A DNA stretch of 57,565 bases from an uncultured Clostridia bacterium (lineage in GTDB: Bacteria > Acidobacteriota > Aminicenantia > JAMOAD01), in NCBI GenBank assembly GCA_964634755.1, contig CAZWJH010000005.1:1-57565 (forward strand). Reading direction: 5' to 3'. The position numbers were made by a program, and so were the translations under genes. The notes beneath the pieces are model-generated. The model made no database searches. It worked only from the letters and a program-made list of their open reading frames with translations, and was not told the DNA's origin. Below, piece after piece: positions 49,820 through 57,565 of the stretch (position 1 is its first letter; each line of letters begins with the position of its first letter).

Positions 49820-50816
49820 TGTTTACCTCCTTCAGTTTTTCTGCAATTTTTATATCAACCTGACTTTCAATCATTTTCTTTGTGGTTAATAATCCGTTTT
49901 TAATTGCCTTTACTCTGGATCTTCCGTGACCTATGACAACTACCCCTTTTACACCTAAAAGAATTGCTCCACCGTATTCAGAGTAGTCTAACTTTTTCTT
50001 TAATTTTCTTAAGCCACTCCAGAGGAGAAGAAGACCCATTTTGTGTAAAATATTTCTCGTTAAAGTGTTTTTAAAGTGCCCGTAAAGATTTTCAGCCATT
50101 CCCTCCGCCACTTTTAAAGCCACATTTCCTGTGAACCCATCGGTTACGATAATATCCACTATCCCCTGGTGAATCACGTGTCCTTCAATATTCCCTTTGA
50201 AATTAAGATTTGAATTGGAAAGGAGTTTAAATGTTTCTTTTGTAAGTTTGTTTCCTTTTAAAGTTTCTTCGCCAATTGACATTAACCCGACAGAGGGGTT
50301 TTCTTTGCCTAAAATTTCTTCCGAAAAAATGGTTCCCATAATTGCAAACTGGAAAAGATGCTCAGGTTTGCAATCTGCATTGGCACCGACATCTAGGATT
50401 ATAGATTCTCTGTTCTGTGTTGGGAAAACAACCGCAAGAGCAGGTCTTTTAATTCCTTCTATAGGTTCAAGGATAAACTTTGCATTGACCATCACCGCTC
50501 CGGTATTACCTGCTGAGAACATCCCTTCGGCTATTCTGTTTTTGACTAAGTCCAAAGCTAATTTTATACTGGACTTCTTTTTACCCCGTAGATAGCTCAT
50601 TATTGTGTCTTTCATAGTGACTACTTCGGGAGCATCTACTATTTCTATCTTATCATAATGTTTAAACCCTACCTTTTCCAGACACTCCTTTACACTTTTT
50701 TCCAGACCTACGAGGTAAAGTTTTATATTCTCATTTTCAAGAGTGGACTTTGCTCCCTTTATAATTTCGCAAGGGGCAAAATCCCCGCCCATAACATCAA
50801 GTGCGATGGATCTCAT
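49809..50816 (-). CDS. plsX: Phosphate acyltransferase PlsX
   Basis: IALDVMGGDFAP, SAGNTGA, RPAL, DVGAN, DGFTGNVALK, YGGA.LLG, HGRS. Confidence 0.96.
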   Translation of the reverse strand: MRSIALDVMGGDFAPCEIIKGAKSTLENENIKLYLVGLEKSVKECLEKVGFKHYDKIEIVDAPEVVTMKDTIMSYLRGKKKSSIKLALDLVKNRIAEGMFSAGNTGAVMVNAKFILEPIEGIKRPALAVVFPTQNRESIILDVGANADCKPEHLFQFAIMGTIFSEEILGKENPSVGLMSIGEETLKGNKLTKETFKLLSNSNLNFKGNIEGHVIHQGIVDIIVTDGFTGNVALKVAEGMAENLYGHFKNTLTRNILHKMGLLLLWSGLRKLKKKLDYSEYGGAILLGVKGVVVIGHGRSRVKAIKNGLLTTKKMIESQVDIKIAEKLKEVNIGE

Positions 50817-50822
50817 ACTTTT

Positions 50823-51005
50823 TTATTCTTGATTGCCCTGAATTACCTGCCTTCCTTTATAATATCCGCATTCAGGGCATGCTCTGTGCGGCATCATAGG
50901 GCTACCGCACTTAGGACATAAGGTTAAACTTTTAACTTCCAATGCATGATGAGATCTTCTTTTTCTTTTTCTTGATTTTGAAGTTTTTCTCTTTGGTACA
51001 GCCAT
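50823..51005 (-). CDS. rpmF: 50S ribosomal protein L32 (Zn-binding form)
   Basis: [14 protein letters not shown]...[10 protein letters not shown]. Confidence 0.97.
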   Translation of the reverse strand: MAVPKRKTSKSRKRKRRSHHALEVKSLTLCPKCGSPMMPHRACPECGYYKGRQVIQGNQE

Positions 51006-51006
51006 T

Positions 51007-51525
51007 TTATTTACCTCTCATGTTTTCTATTATTAGATCTATTCTCGGATCTCTTTTTTTTACTTCACAGCCACAGGGTCCCTCATTTAAGTTTTTTCCG
51101 CAAACAGGACACAAACCTTTGCAATCTTCGGAACAGAGGGGTTTAAATGGTATTGAAAGGTTTATCTGATCAATAATTATTCTATCTATATCAATAATTC
51201 CTTCTTTATAATAGAGGGTGTTAAGGTCATCTTCATTTAACTCAATTTCTTCTTCAAACCGGGTAGTTTCCTCCGGGAAGAAGACAAGATCAAAGGAAGA
51301 ATTTATCTTTTCTGTATAAGGAGAAAGACATCTTGTGCATTCAAGTTCTATGGTGGTTTTTACTATCCCTTTAACTACTATTTTATCTCCGCTTTTAATT
51401 ATTCGAACTTCTGCGGAGACGGGGTCCAGAAATCTGCTTTTCTCAACCAAATCGTCCGGGTTGACATCAAAAATCTCATTAATGTCTAAACCATCCCTTG
51501 GAATATCTTCAACAAAAATTAACAT
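51007..51525 (-). CDS. yceD: DUF177/YceD family protein
   Basis: [29 protein letters not shown]; canonical position upstream of rpmF. Confidence 0.9.
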   Translation of the reverse strand: MLIFVEDIPRDGLDINEIFDVNPDDLVEKSRFLDPVSAEVRIIKSGDKIVVKGIVKTTIELECTRCLSPYTEKINSSFDLVFFPEETTRFEEEIELNEDDLNTLYYKEGIIDIDRIIIDQINLSIPFKPLCSEDCKGLCPVCGKNLNEGPCGCEVKKRDPRIDLIIENMRGK

Positions 51526-51667
51526 TTTTTTCTCCTTTTATTTTAAGGTTGAATTATACACCAATGAAGCCAATTGTCAAGTATTTAGAGCTTGAGATAG
51601 ATAGAGACTTGGATTTTAGTTTTTAAAATTTTCTTGACTGTTTAAAAAGAAAAACATAAACTTTTAT

Positions 51668-52432
51668 ATGCTTCAAGTGAAGAAGTTGACAAAAAAATTC
51701 GGGCATTATCCTGCTGTTGATAGGGTTAATTTTACTATTGAAAAGGGAGAGATTGTCGGTTATTTGGGGCCCAATGGGGCCGGAAAATCAACCACAATAA
51801 AGATGCTATCCGGCTTGCTTGAACCAACTGAGGGTGAAATTTTTTATAATGACAAAAATATTTACGATGATTTGATTTCATACAAAGGGAAATTGGGCTA
51901 TGTCCCGGAAGAAAGCGAAATCTACCCGCATCTTAGCGGTTTTGAGTATTTGCAGATGGTAGGGAGACTCAGAGGTCTGGAAGAGAATATTATAACAGAA
52001 AAAGCCGAACAGCTTTTAGAGCTCTTTAAACTTTACGGGAGTATGCACTTTTACATATCATTATATTCTAAGGGGATGAGGCAAAAAATACTGATTATCG
52101 CCGCACTTTTGCACAATCCGGAAATTCTTTTGCTTGATGAGCCATTGTCCGGTCTTGATATTGCGACTGTTTTAGTGTTTAAGGATGTTTTAAAAAAACT
52201 TGCCGGTGCCGGGAAAATGATACTTTACAGTTCCCATATTCTTGAGGTTGTGGAGAATTTGTGTGATAGGGTTATAATAATTCACAAGGGTAAAATACTT
52301 GCTGATGATTCTGTTAAAAATCTAAAAGAGTTGAGCAAAAAACCATCTCTGGAAGAAGTTTTCAGCAATCTTGTTTTAAAGGAAGATACTGAGAGGATTG
52401 CAGATGAAATGTTCAAAACAATAGTGGGGTAG
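51668..52432 (+). CDS. ABC transporter ATP-binding protein (drug/export type)
   Basis: GPNGAGKST, Q-loop variant YVPEE, signature variant YSKGM, LLLDEP, SSH. Confidence 0.92.
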   Translation: MLQVKKLTKKFGHYPAVDRVNFTIEKGEIVGYLGPNGAGKSTTIKMLSGLLEPTEGEIFYNDKNIYDDLISYKGKLGYVPEESEIYPHLSGFEYLQMVGRLRGLEENIITEKAEQLLELFKLYGSMHFYISLYSKGMRQKILIIAALLHNPEILLLDEPLSGLDIATVLVFKDVLKKLAGAGKMILYSSHILEVVENLCDRVIIIHKGKILADDSVKNLKELSKKPSLEEVFSNLVLKEDTERIADEMFKTIVG

Positions 52433-54141
52433 TGAGGAAAAGAATAGAGGAAGTTATCAAAAGGGTAAAGATTCTTGTAAATCTTTTTTTTCTTAGATTC
52501 TTTAGAAATGAGAATATGCCCTTTGAAAATGAAGCTGAAGCAAAATTTATCTTTATCTTAGTTTTATTTTCCGTATTAAGTCTTTTTTTCTCTTTTAATC
52601 TTTTGTTTAAATATGTTTTTGTTCCGGAAAACGGAAACTCATGGCAGGAAAAGTCTCAAATTATTTTAATTTTTATGCTTGTAATAGGCTTTATCACAGT
52701 ACTTGAGTGGGATGTGCTTTTGCCGGACAAAAGTGATTTTTATGTTTTAGGTCCATTACCGCTTGGTAAAGGTATAATACTTTCTTCAAAATTTATTAGC
52801 TTTTTATCCTTTGTGGGGCTTTTTGCTTTTACAACCAATTTTTTATCAGCTCTTTTTTTCCCTGTTTTCTTAGCTGCATTTTACTCCCACACTTCTCCGT
52901 TTTTCTTTATCCTTTTTAGTATTGTTCATTTAATCATTTCATTTCTTGCAAATATTTTCACATTCTTTTTCTTTCTATTTATAAGCAATCTCCTTTTTAT
53001 TTTATTCCCATTTAATTTTTTTAAAAAGGTTTCTTCAATGGTTAGAGGGTTGGTTATGATAGCCATTCTTTCAATCTATGCATTTCTTCCTAAGCTTTAT
53101 TCTTTTTTACCGGAGATGGTGGATAGGGGAGATAAAAGAATTTTTTATTTTCCTCATCTCTGGTTTACAGGATTTTATGAAAATCTTCTGGGTAGAAGTA
53201 ATGATTTGACAGTTAAAATGAGTAAGCTTTCTATTCTCTCTGTGACTGTCATCCTTTTTCTTTCTTTTGTAACTTATGGAATTGCTTTTTACAAAAATAC
53301 CAGATCAGTTTCTAAGAGTAGTGAAGGTTCTTCTTTTTCAAAAAAACATCCTTCATGCGCCATTTCCCGTATTTTTTATAATCTTCTCTTTAGATCTCAA
53401 CCTGAAAGAGCGATTTTCTATTTTCTGAAAAAGACTTTAAAAAGAAGTGAAAAACACAGAGTTAAGTTATACAGTTTTCTGGCAGTATCAATCGGAATAA
53501 TTATCTCAAAATATCTTACGGAGCAAAATCTATTAAAAAATGTTTCGAATTTCAAAGAATGGAGTAAGGTAATATATTCAGCGCCTTTTATAGTTTGGTT
53601 TTTTTATATGGCGGGGTTGAGATCCCTTGCAAATAATCCGTATAATCCTTCGGCCAACTGGATTTTCAAAATTACAGAAAGAAAAGATAAGGGAATTTAT
53701 CGTCGTGCAATTCATAAGTTTAATATTTTACAAAATATTATCCCCATCAGTTTGTTCTTGCTTTTGTTTTATTTATTCGTATGGGATATTGAAAAATCTC
53801 TGATAATCACTTTTTTCTCTTTTTTTGTAGCTTTTTTCATAGAAGAAATACTTTTTTTTAATATTAAAAAAATACCTTATACATGCATATCACTTCCTGA
53901 TAAGGGAAATTTAAAAATGCTTTTCATCCCTTATTTTCTTCTTTTCCTTTTTTATACCCAGACAATGGGATATTTTTCTTATTGGTTTGTTGAATATCCG
54001 CATTATTTTAAAAATTTAATATTTATAGGTGTTGCTCTTCTGCTTCTCCTTTTTGTTTTTAAGAGAGTTTTTGAAACAAAAGACTTTTCTCTGGTGTTTG
54101 AAGAAGAGCCGGAACCTGAATTTTTGTCTCTTGAATTATAA
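52432..54141 (+). CDS. Putative ABC transporter permease (about 12 TM)
   Basis: Multi-pass; GTG start overlaps the ATPase stop; internally repeated architecture. Confidence 0.7.
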   Translation: MRKRIEEVIKRVKILVNLFFLRFFRNENMPFENEAEAKFIFILVLFSVLSLFFSFNLLFKYVFVPENGNSWQEKSQIILIFMLVIGFITVLEWDVLLPDKSDFYVLGPLPLGKGIILSSKFISFLSFVGLFAFTTNFLSALFFPVFLAAFYSHTSPFFFILFSIVHLIISFLANIFTFFFFLFISNLLFILFPFNFFKKVSSMVRGLVMIAILSIYAFLPKLYSFLPEMVDRGDKRIFYFPHLWFTGFYENLLGRSNDLTVKMSKLSILSVTVILFLSFVTYGIAFYKNTRSVSKSSEGSSFSKKHPSCAISRIFYNLLFRSQPERAIFYFLKKTLKRSEKHRVKLYSFLAVSIGIIISKYLTEQNLLKNVSNFKEWSKVIYSAPFIVWFFYMAGLRSLANNPYNPSANWIFKITERKDKGIYRRAIHKFNILQNIIPISLFLLLFYLFVWDIEKSLIITFFSFFVAFFIEEILFFNIKKIPYTCISLPDKGNLKMLFIPYFLLFLFYTQTMGYFSYWFVEYPHYFKNLIFIGVALLLLLFVFKRVFETKDFSLVFEEEPEPEFLSLEL

Positions 54142-54223
54142 TATTTTTTGACAAAAAACTTTTGTTTGAAAGCTTGTAAAAAATAATATATTATATGAAA
54201 TAAGTCAAGAAAAAGGAGGTAGT

Positions 54224-55465
54224 ATGAGAAAGAAAGCAAAGGTAATTTTTGTCTTGATTATGGGGCTTGCTTTAACTTTTAGTCTTTTTTCAAATGGTTT
54301 GAATCTTAACAGTGTAGGAACAAAAGCTGCGACAATGGGAGGCGCTTTTGTCGGATTGGCTGATGATTATAGTGCTGTATTCTGGAATCCTGCAGGTCTT
54401 ACTCAGATGAAAAGTCAGAATTTTGCTGTTTATGGCTCATTTATAATGCCTGAGGCTACCTATAAGTTTCCTCTCTTAGGCATTGATGCTAAAACCAAAA
54501 GCTCAACATATCCTGCCGGTGCTCTTGGCTATTTTAAGCCTATTTCAGAAAAATTGGTAGTGGGGTTTCTTGTTTATGTACCTTCAGGCTCGGGCGCTGA
54601 ATGGAATGGAGATGATCTTGTTAACCTTCCTGTTACCAAGGGGCATTCCTATGAGTGGAAATCAATGATTGGAATGGTGACCTTTTCTCCGGTAATTGCT
54701 TACAAAATTAATGATATGGTTTCTATTGGAGCTACCATAAATGTTGATTACGGTATGTTGGATTTTAATACTGCCGGGGTAGGCCAGTACTCAGAAGAGC
54801 TTACAGGTACAGGAATAGGTGCTACTTTTGGTCTTATGATTAAACCTTCCGATATGCTAAGTATTGGTTTGACTTATAAAACTCCGGTAAAAATAAGCGC
54901 AGAAGGAAAAGTTACCATGGAAGGAGCTCCTCTTTTAGGACTTCCCGGTCTAACTGCTTCTTCTACTGGTACAAGAGAAATTACCTGGCCGATGTGGGTT
55001 GGAGCAGGGGTTGCTTTGAAACCTATGAATAATCTGACAATAACAGCTGATATTCAATACACAAACTGGAAAAAATTGGATGAAATAGATATATCTTTTG
55101 ATAATCAATTGTGGAACTTACTTTTTGCTCAGATTTTCAAATTCCATTTGAATTGGGATAATACCATTCAGTACAGATTTGGATTTGAATACTTGCTTAA
55201 TGATTCTATTGCAATAAGAGGGGGATATTACCATGACCCTTCTCCTGCTCCTGCCGAGACTTTAAATATTCTTTTACCTGAAGTTACTTACAATGCTTTT
55301 ACTTTTGGGATTGGATACAAATCAGGAGGTCTGGAGTTAGACCTTGGGATTGAGTACCTAAAGGGACAGGAAGTAGAGTGTCCGTTGACATCAGAACTTG
55401 GAATGCCGGGCTATCACAATGTGAATATGATGGTTCCTAATTTCGCAATTTCTTACAGATTCTAA
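54224..55465 (+). CDS. FadL/OmpP1/TodX-family outer-membrane transporter
   Basis: Signal peptide, NGLNLNSVG..ATMGGA, DDYSAVFWNPAG, RGGYYHDPSP, C-terminal aromatic YRF. Confidence 0.88.
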   Translation: MRKKAKVIFVLIMGLALTFSLFSNGLNLNSVGTKAATMGGAFVGLADDYSAVFWNPAGLTQMKSQNFAVYGSFIMPEATYKFPLLGIDAKTKSSTYPAGALGYFKPISEKLVVGFLVYVPSGSGAEWNGDDLVNLPVTKGHSYEWKSMIGMVTFSPVIAYKINDMVSIGATINVDYGMLDFNTAGVGQYSEELTGTGIGATFGLMIKPSDMLSIGLTYKTPVKISAEGKVTMEGAPLLGLPGLTASSTGTREITWPMWVGAGVALKPMNNLTITADIQYTNWKKLDEIDISFDNQLWNLLFAQIFKFHLNWDNTIQYRFGFEYLLNDSIAIRGGYYHDPSPAPAETLNILLPEVTYNAFTFGIGYKSGGLELDLGIEYLKGQEVECPLTSELGMPGYHNVNMMVPNFAISYRF

Positions 55466-55484
55466 TATTTATTAATTTATATTG

Positions 55485-55519
55485 AAGAGGACAGGGCTTA
55501 AGCCCTGTCCTCTTTTTTT
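55485..55519 (+). terminator. Intrinsic terminator
   Basis: gaggacagggc-ttaa-gccctgtcctc followed by a T-run. Confidence 0.9.
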
Positions 55520-55590
55520 ATTTAATGAAAAATCCAAATATTGTTCTTGATTTATTATTAGTGTTTTATTATAATAACCTACTTTGTTGT

Positions 55591-55662
55591 GGCGGTGTAG
55601 CTCAGGGGTAGAGCAAGCGGCTCATATCCGCTGCGTCGGGGGTTCAAATCCCTCCATCGCCA
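55591..55662 (+). tRNA. tRNA with CAT anticodon (probably elongator tRNA-Met)
   Basis: GGCGGTG/CATCGCC acceptor (G1-C72, so not initiator), AGCGG-CTCATAT-CCGCT, GGTTCAAATCC; CCA not encoded. Confidence 0.92.
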
Positions 55663-55673
55663 CTTTTTTCATT

Positions 55674-57017
55674 ATGATTAAAATTTTTCTAAAATTCAGA
55701 AATTTTGTGATTTCAAATAAATTAATAGAAGAAGGAGATAGTATTTTACTATCATTTTCCGGAGGGCCTGATTCCACAGCTCTTGCACTTCTTTTGAAAA
55801 AACTTCAAAAATACATTAACTTTGAGCTATCTCTCTTTTACTTGAATCATGGTTTAAGGGATGATAGTGATGAAGAGGAAAAAAAAGTCAAAGAGTTTGC
55901 GAACAGGTTTGAATTAAGACTTTTCTCAAGAAAAGTTGAGATAAAAGCTGGAAAAGCTAACATTGAGGAAATGGCAAGGGCAATAAGGTATGAAATATTA
56001 AAGGAAATAGCTGAAAAGCATGGATTTAACAAAATTGCCACAGCGCATAATTTAGATGATCAGATAGAGACTTTTTTAATCAGGCTTTTAAGAGGGAGTG
56101 GTTCAAAGGGATTATCCTCAATTCCAATTATAAGAGAAGGTTTTATAATAAGACCTCTTTTGGAGATAAGAAAAAGGGAGATTCTTGATTATCTTAAAAT
56201 GATGAGAATAGAATATGTTACTGATAAAACAAACTTTGATACAAAACTTTTAAGAAACAAAATAAGGCATAGTTTAATTCCACTTCTTGAAAATGAATAC
56301 AATCCTGCAATTGTTAAAATATTAAAAAATGAGATAGAAATTTTAAGAGAAAATGAAGGCTTTATAAAGGAAAAGGCAAAAGAAGTAAAGGGGGATATTA
56401 TAAAAGATAAAAAGCTCAATTTAAAAATATTGAAAAAAGAGCATCCTGCAATAAGGAGCTTTCTTATAAGAGAGTACATAAGAGAACTCAGAGGCTCTTT
56501 AAGAAAAATTACATACTCTCATGTAAAATCAATCTTGGAATTGAAAAAAGGGCAAAAAGTATTTATACCTGATCTTATTCTTATAAGGGAGTATGATTTT
56601 GTTTTGCCGTATATTCAGAAAAAAGTTAAGTATTATGAATACAAAGTGAAAAATGTACCTTTCAGATTAAACATTAAAGAGTTGGAAAAAACTTTTGAAT
56701 TTAGTATGGAAAAGAGTCTCGGGGAGTTTGATGATAAAACCCGTGCTTTTCTTGATTTTGATAAGATAAAGTTTCCGATTATCGTAAGAAAAAGAAAAAA
56801 AGGAGATAGGTATTCTCCTCTCGGGATGAAGGGAAAAACAAAAAAGATAAAGGATATTTTCAATGATATGAAAATAAGCAAAAGCGAAAGAGATTTTTCA
56901 CCTGTTTTTACTGATGCCGAAGGTGAAATACTTTGGGTGAAAGGATTAAGGATAAATGATAAATATAAAGTGGACGAAAGTACTGAAAATATTTTAAGAA
57001 TAGAGGAAATAGAATAA
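55674..57017 (+). CDS. tilS: tRNA(Ile)-lysidine synthetase
   Basis: SFSGGPDS, NHGLR, ARAIRY, TAHNLDDQIET.L.RL.RG, RPLL, RNKIRH, C-terminal GDR..P.G. True start ATG 55674. Confidence 0.95.
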   Translation: MIKIFLKFRNFVISNKLIEEGDSILLSFSGGPDSTALALLLKKLQKYINFELSLFYLNHGLRDDSDEEEKKVKEFANRFELRLFSRKVEIKAGKANIEEMARAIRYEILKEIAEKHGFNKIATAHNLDDQIETFLIRLLRGSGSKGLSSIPIIREGFIIRPLLEIRKREILDYLKMMRIEYVTDKTNFDTKLLRNKIRHSLIPLLENEYNPAIVKILKNEIEILRENEGFIKEKAKEVKGDIIKDKKLNLKILKKEHPAIRSFLIREYIRELRGSLRKITYSHVKSILELKKGQKVFIPDLILIREYDFVLPYIQKKVKYYEYKVKNVPFRLNIKELEKTFEFSMEKSLGEFDDKTRAFLDFDKIKFPIIVRKRKKGDRYSPLGMKGKTKKIKDIFNDMKISKSERDFSPVFTDAEGEILWVKGLRINDKYKVDESTENILRIEEIE

Positions 57018-57056
57018 TCTGGCTAAAAAGCGTAAAGCCCGAAGATGTCCCAACTA

Positions 57057-57189
57057 TTATAAAGCTGAGCAGCAGAACAGCACCAAGCCGAGCAGCCATT
57101 TTAAAAGCATTGAGCTCTGAAGCCTCCAGAGCAGCCTCGCACCAAATTATGAAGCTGAGCAGCCGAGCAGCTGTTCTAGCCTCCGAGCT
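57057..57189. repeat. Degenerate octamer (N-GARCAGC-like) tandem repeats, same family as 6293-6477
   Basis: ttataaagctgagcagc-agaacagc and ttatgaagctgagcagc-cgagcagc direct copies. Confidence 0.6.
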
Positions 57190-57257
57190 GATTTTGGTGA
57201 TTTGTGTCTCTGTTTTTTTACGAAATTAAAATATCAAATAATTAATAACAAATCACC

Positions 57258-57287
57258 TGTAGAGACCTTGCATGCAAGGTCTCTACA
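57258..57287. repeat. REP-like perfect 30-bp palindrome with GTAG foot
   Basis: tgtagagaccttgca|tgcaaggtctctaca. Confidence 0.75.
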
Positions 57288-57336
57288 CCGCTTATAACCA
57301 ATAAATGACAACAAATATAATAAAAAAACAAATTAT

Positions 57337-57379
57337 TTGTAGATACAACAAAAGACGCCCAATTTGGGCATCTCTACAA
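57337..57379. repeat. Second REP-like GTAG palindrome with a small internal insertion
   Basis: ttgtaga-tacaacaaa-agacgcccaatttgggcatct-ctacaa. Confidence 0.55.
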
Positions 57380-57565
57380 GGAATTGACGGCAAATTAAAA
57401 ACGAAAAAAGATCATTTGATATAATGATTTAATTGTAAGATTTTATTATATGAATAACGATAGGTTTGTTTTTATGACAAGACACTTTGGGCTCAGAAGC
57501 TGTGGGCTTCAGGCTTGTATCTTAATATATTAATATTTTTATTCATAAAAATATTTATTAATCAG

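Noticed and set aside
55584-55673. N-terminal extension of TilS in the ORF track
   Set aside because: It is a translation through the tRNA gene; the real start is ATG 55674.
607-57099. Numerous 60-140-aa antisense and alternate-frame ORFs in the track
   Set aside because: They lie within well-supported genes or in repeat DNA and lack motifs; they are shadow ORFs.
57057-57189. CRISPR array (also considered for 6293-6477)
   Set aside because: Units are 7-9 nt, degenerate and contiguous, with no constant-length repeat-spacer pattern and no cas genes.

Overview
AT-rich, gene-dense, mostly core-chromosome window from a diderm bacterium. The diderm call rests on a FadL-type outer-membrane barrel and a Gram-negative-type MraY N-terminus; the taxon cannot be fixed from sequence alone. 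It holds about 51 CDS, two tRNAs (Leu-CAA and a CAU tRNA directly upstream of tilS) and a Moco/Tuco-type riboswitch in front of an orphan tungstate-binding protein. No CRISPR array, prophage or intact transposase was seen. Housekeeping blocks are sucCD, gltX, nadC-nadB, htpG, ribH-nusB, yceD-rpmF-plsX-fabG-acpP-fabF, hppA and tilS. The most unusual element is a two-gene lipid-II-type assembly line outside any dcw cluster: an 1154-aa MurJ-MurG-HEAT-repeat fusion, translationally coupled to a divergent MraY whose HHH motif reads HHT. Other points of interest are a long RelA/SpoT homolog with no hydrolase motifs, at least nine genes with promoter geometry indicating leaderless mRNAs, a Na+,H+-type membrane pyrophosphatase, and a candidate ~70-nt stand-alone sRNA. 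There is also a dispersed octamer (N-GARCAGC) repeat family, REP-like GTAG palindromes, and a small island with two ArsR regulators. All family assignments come from motif recognition by eye, not database searches.
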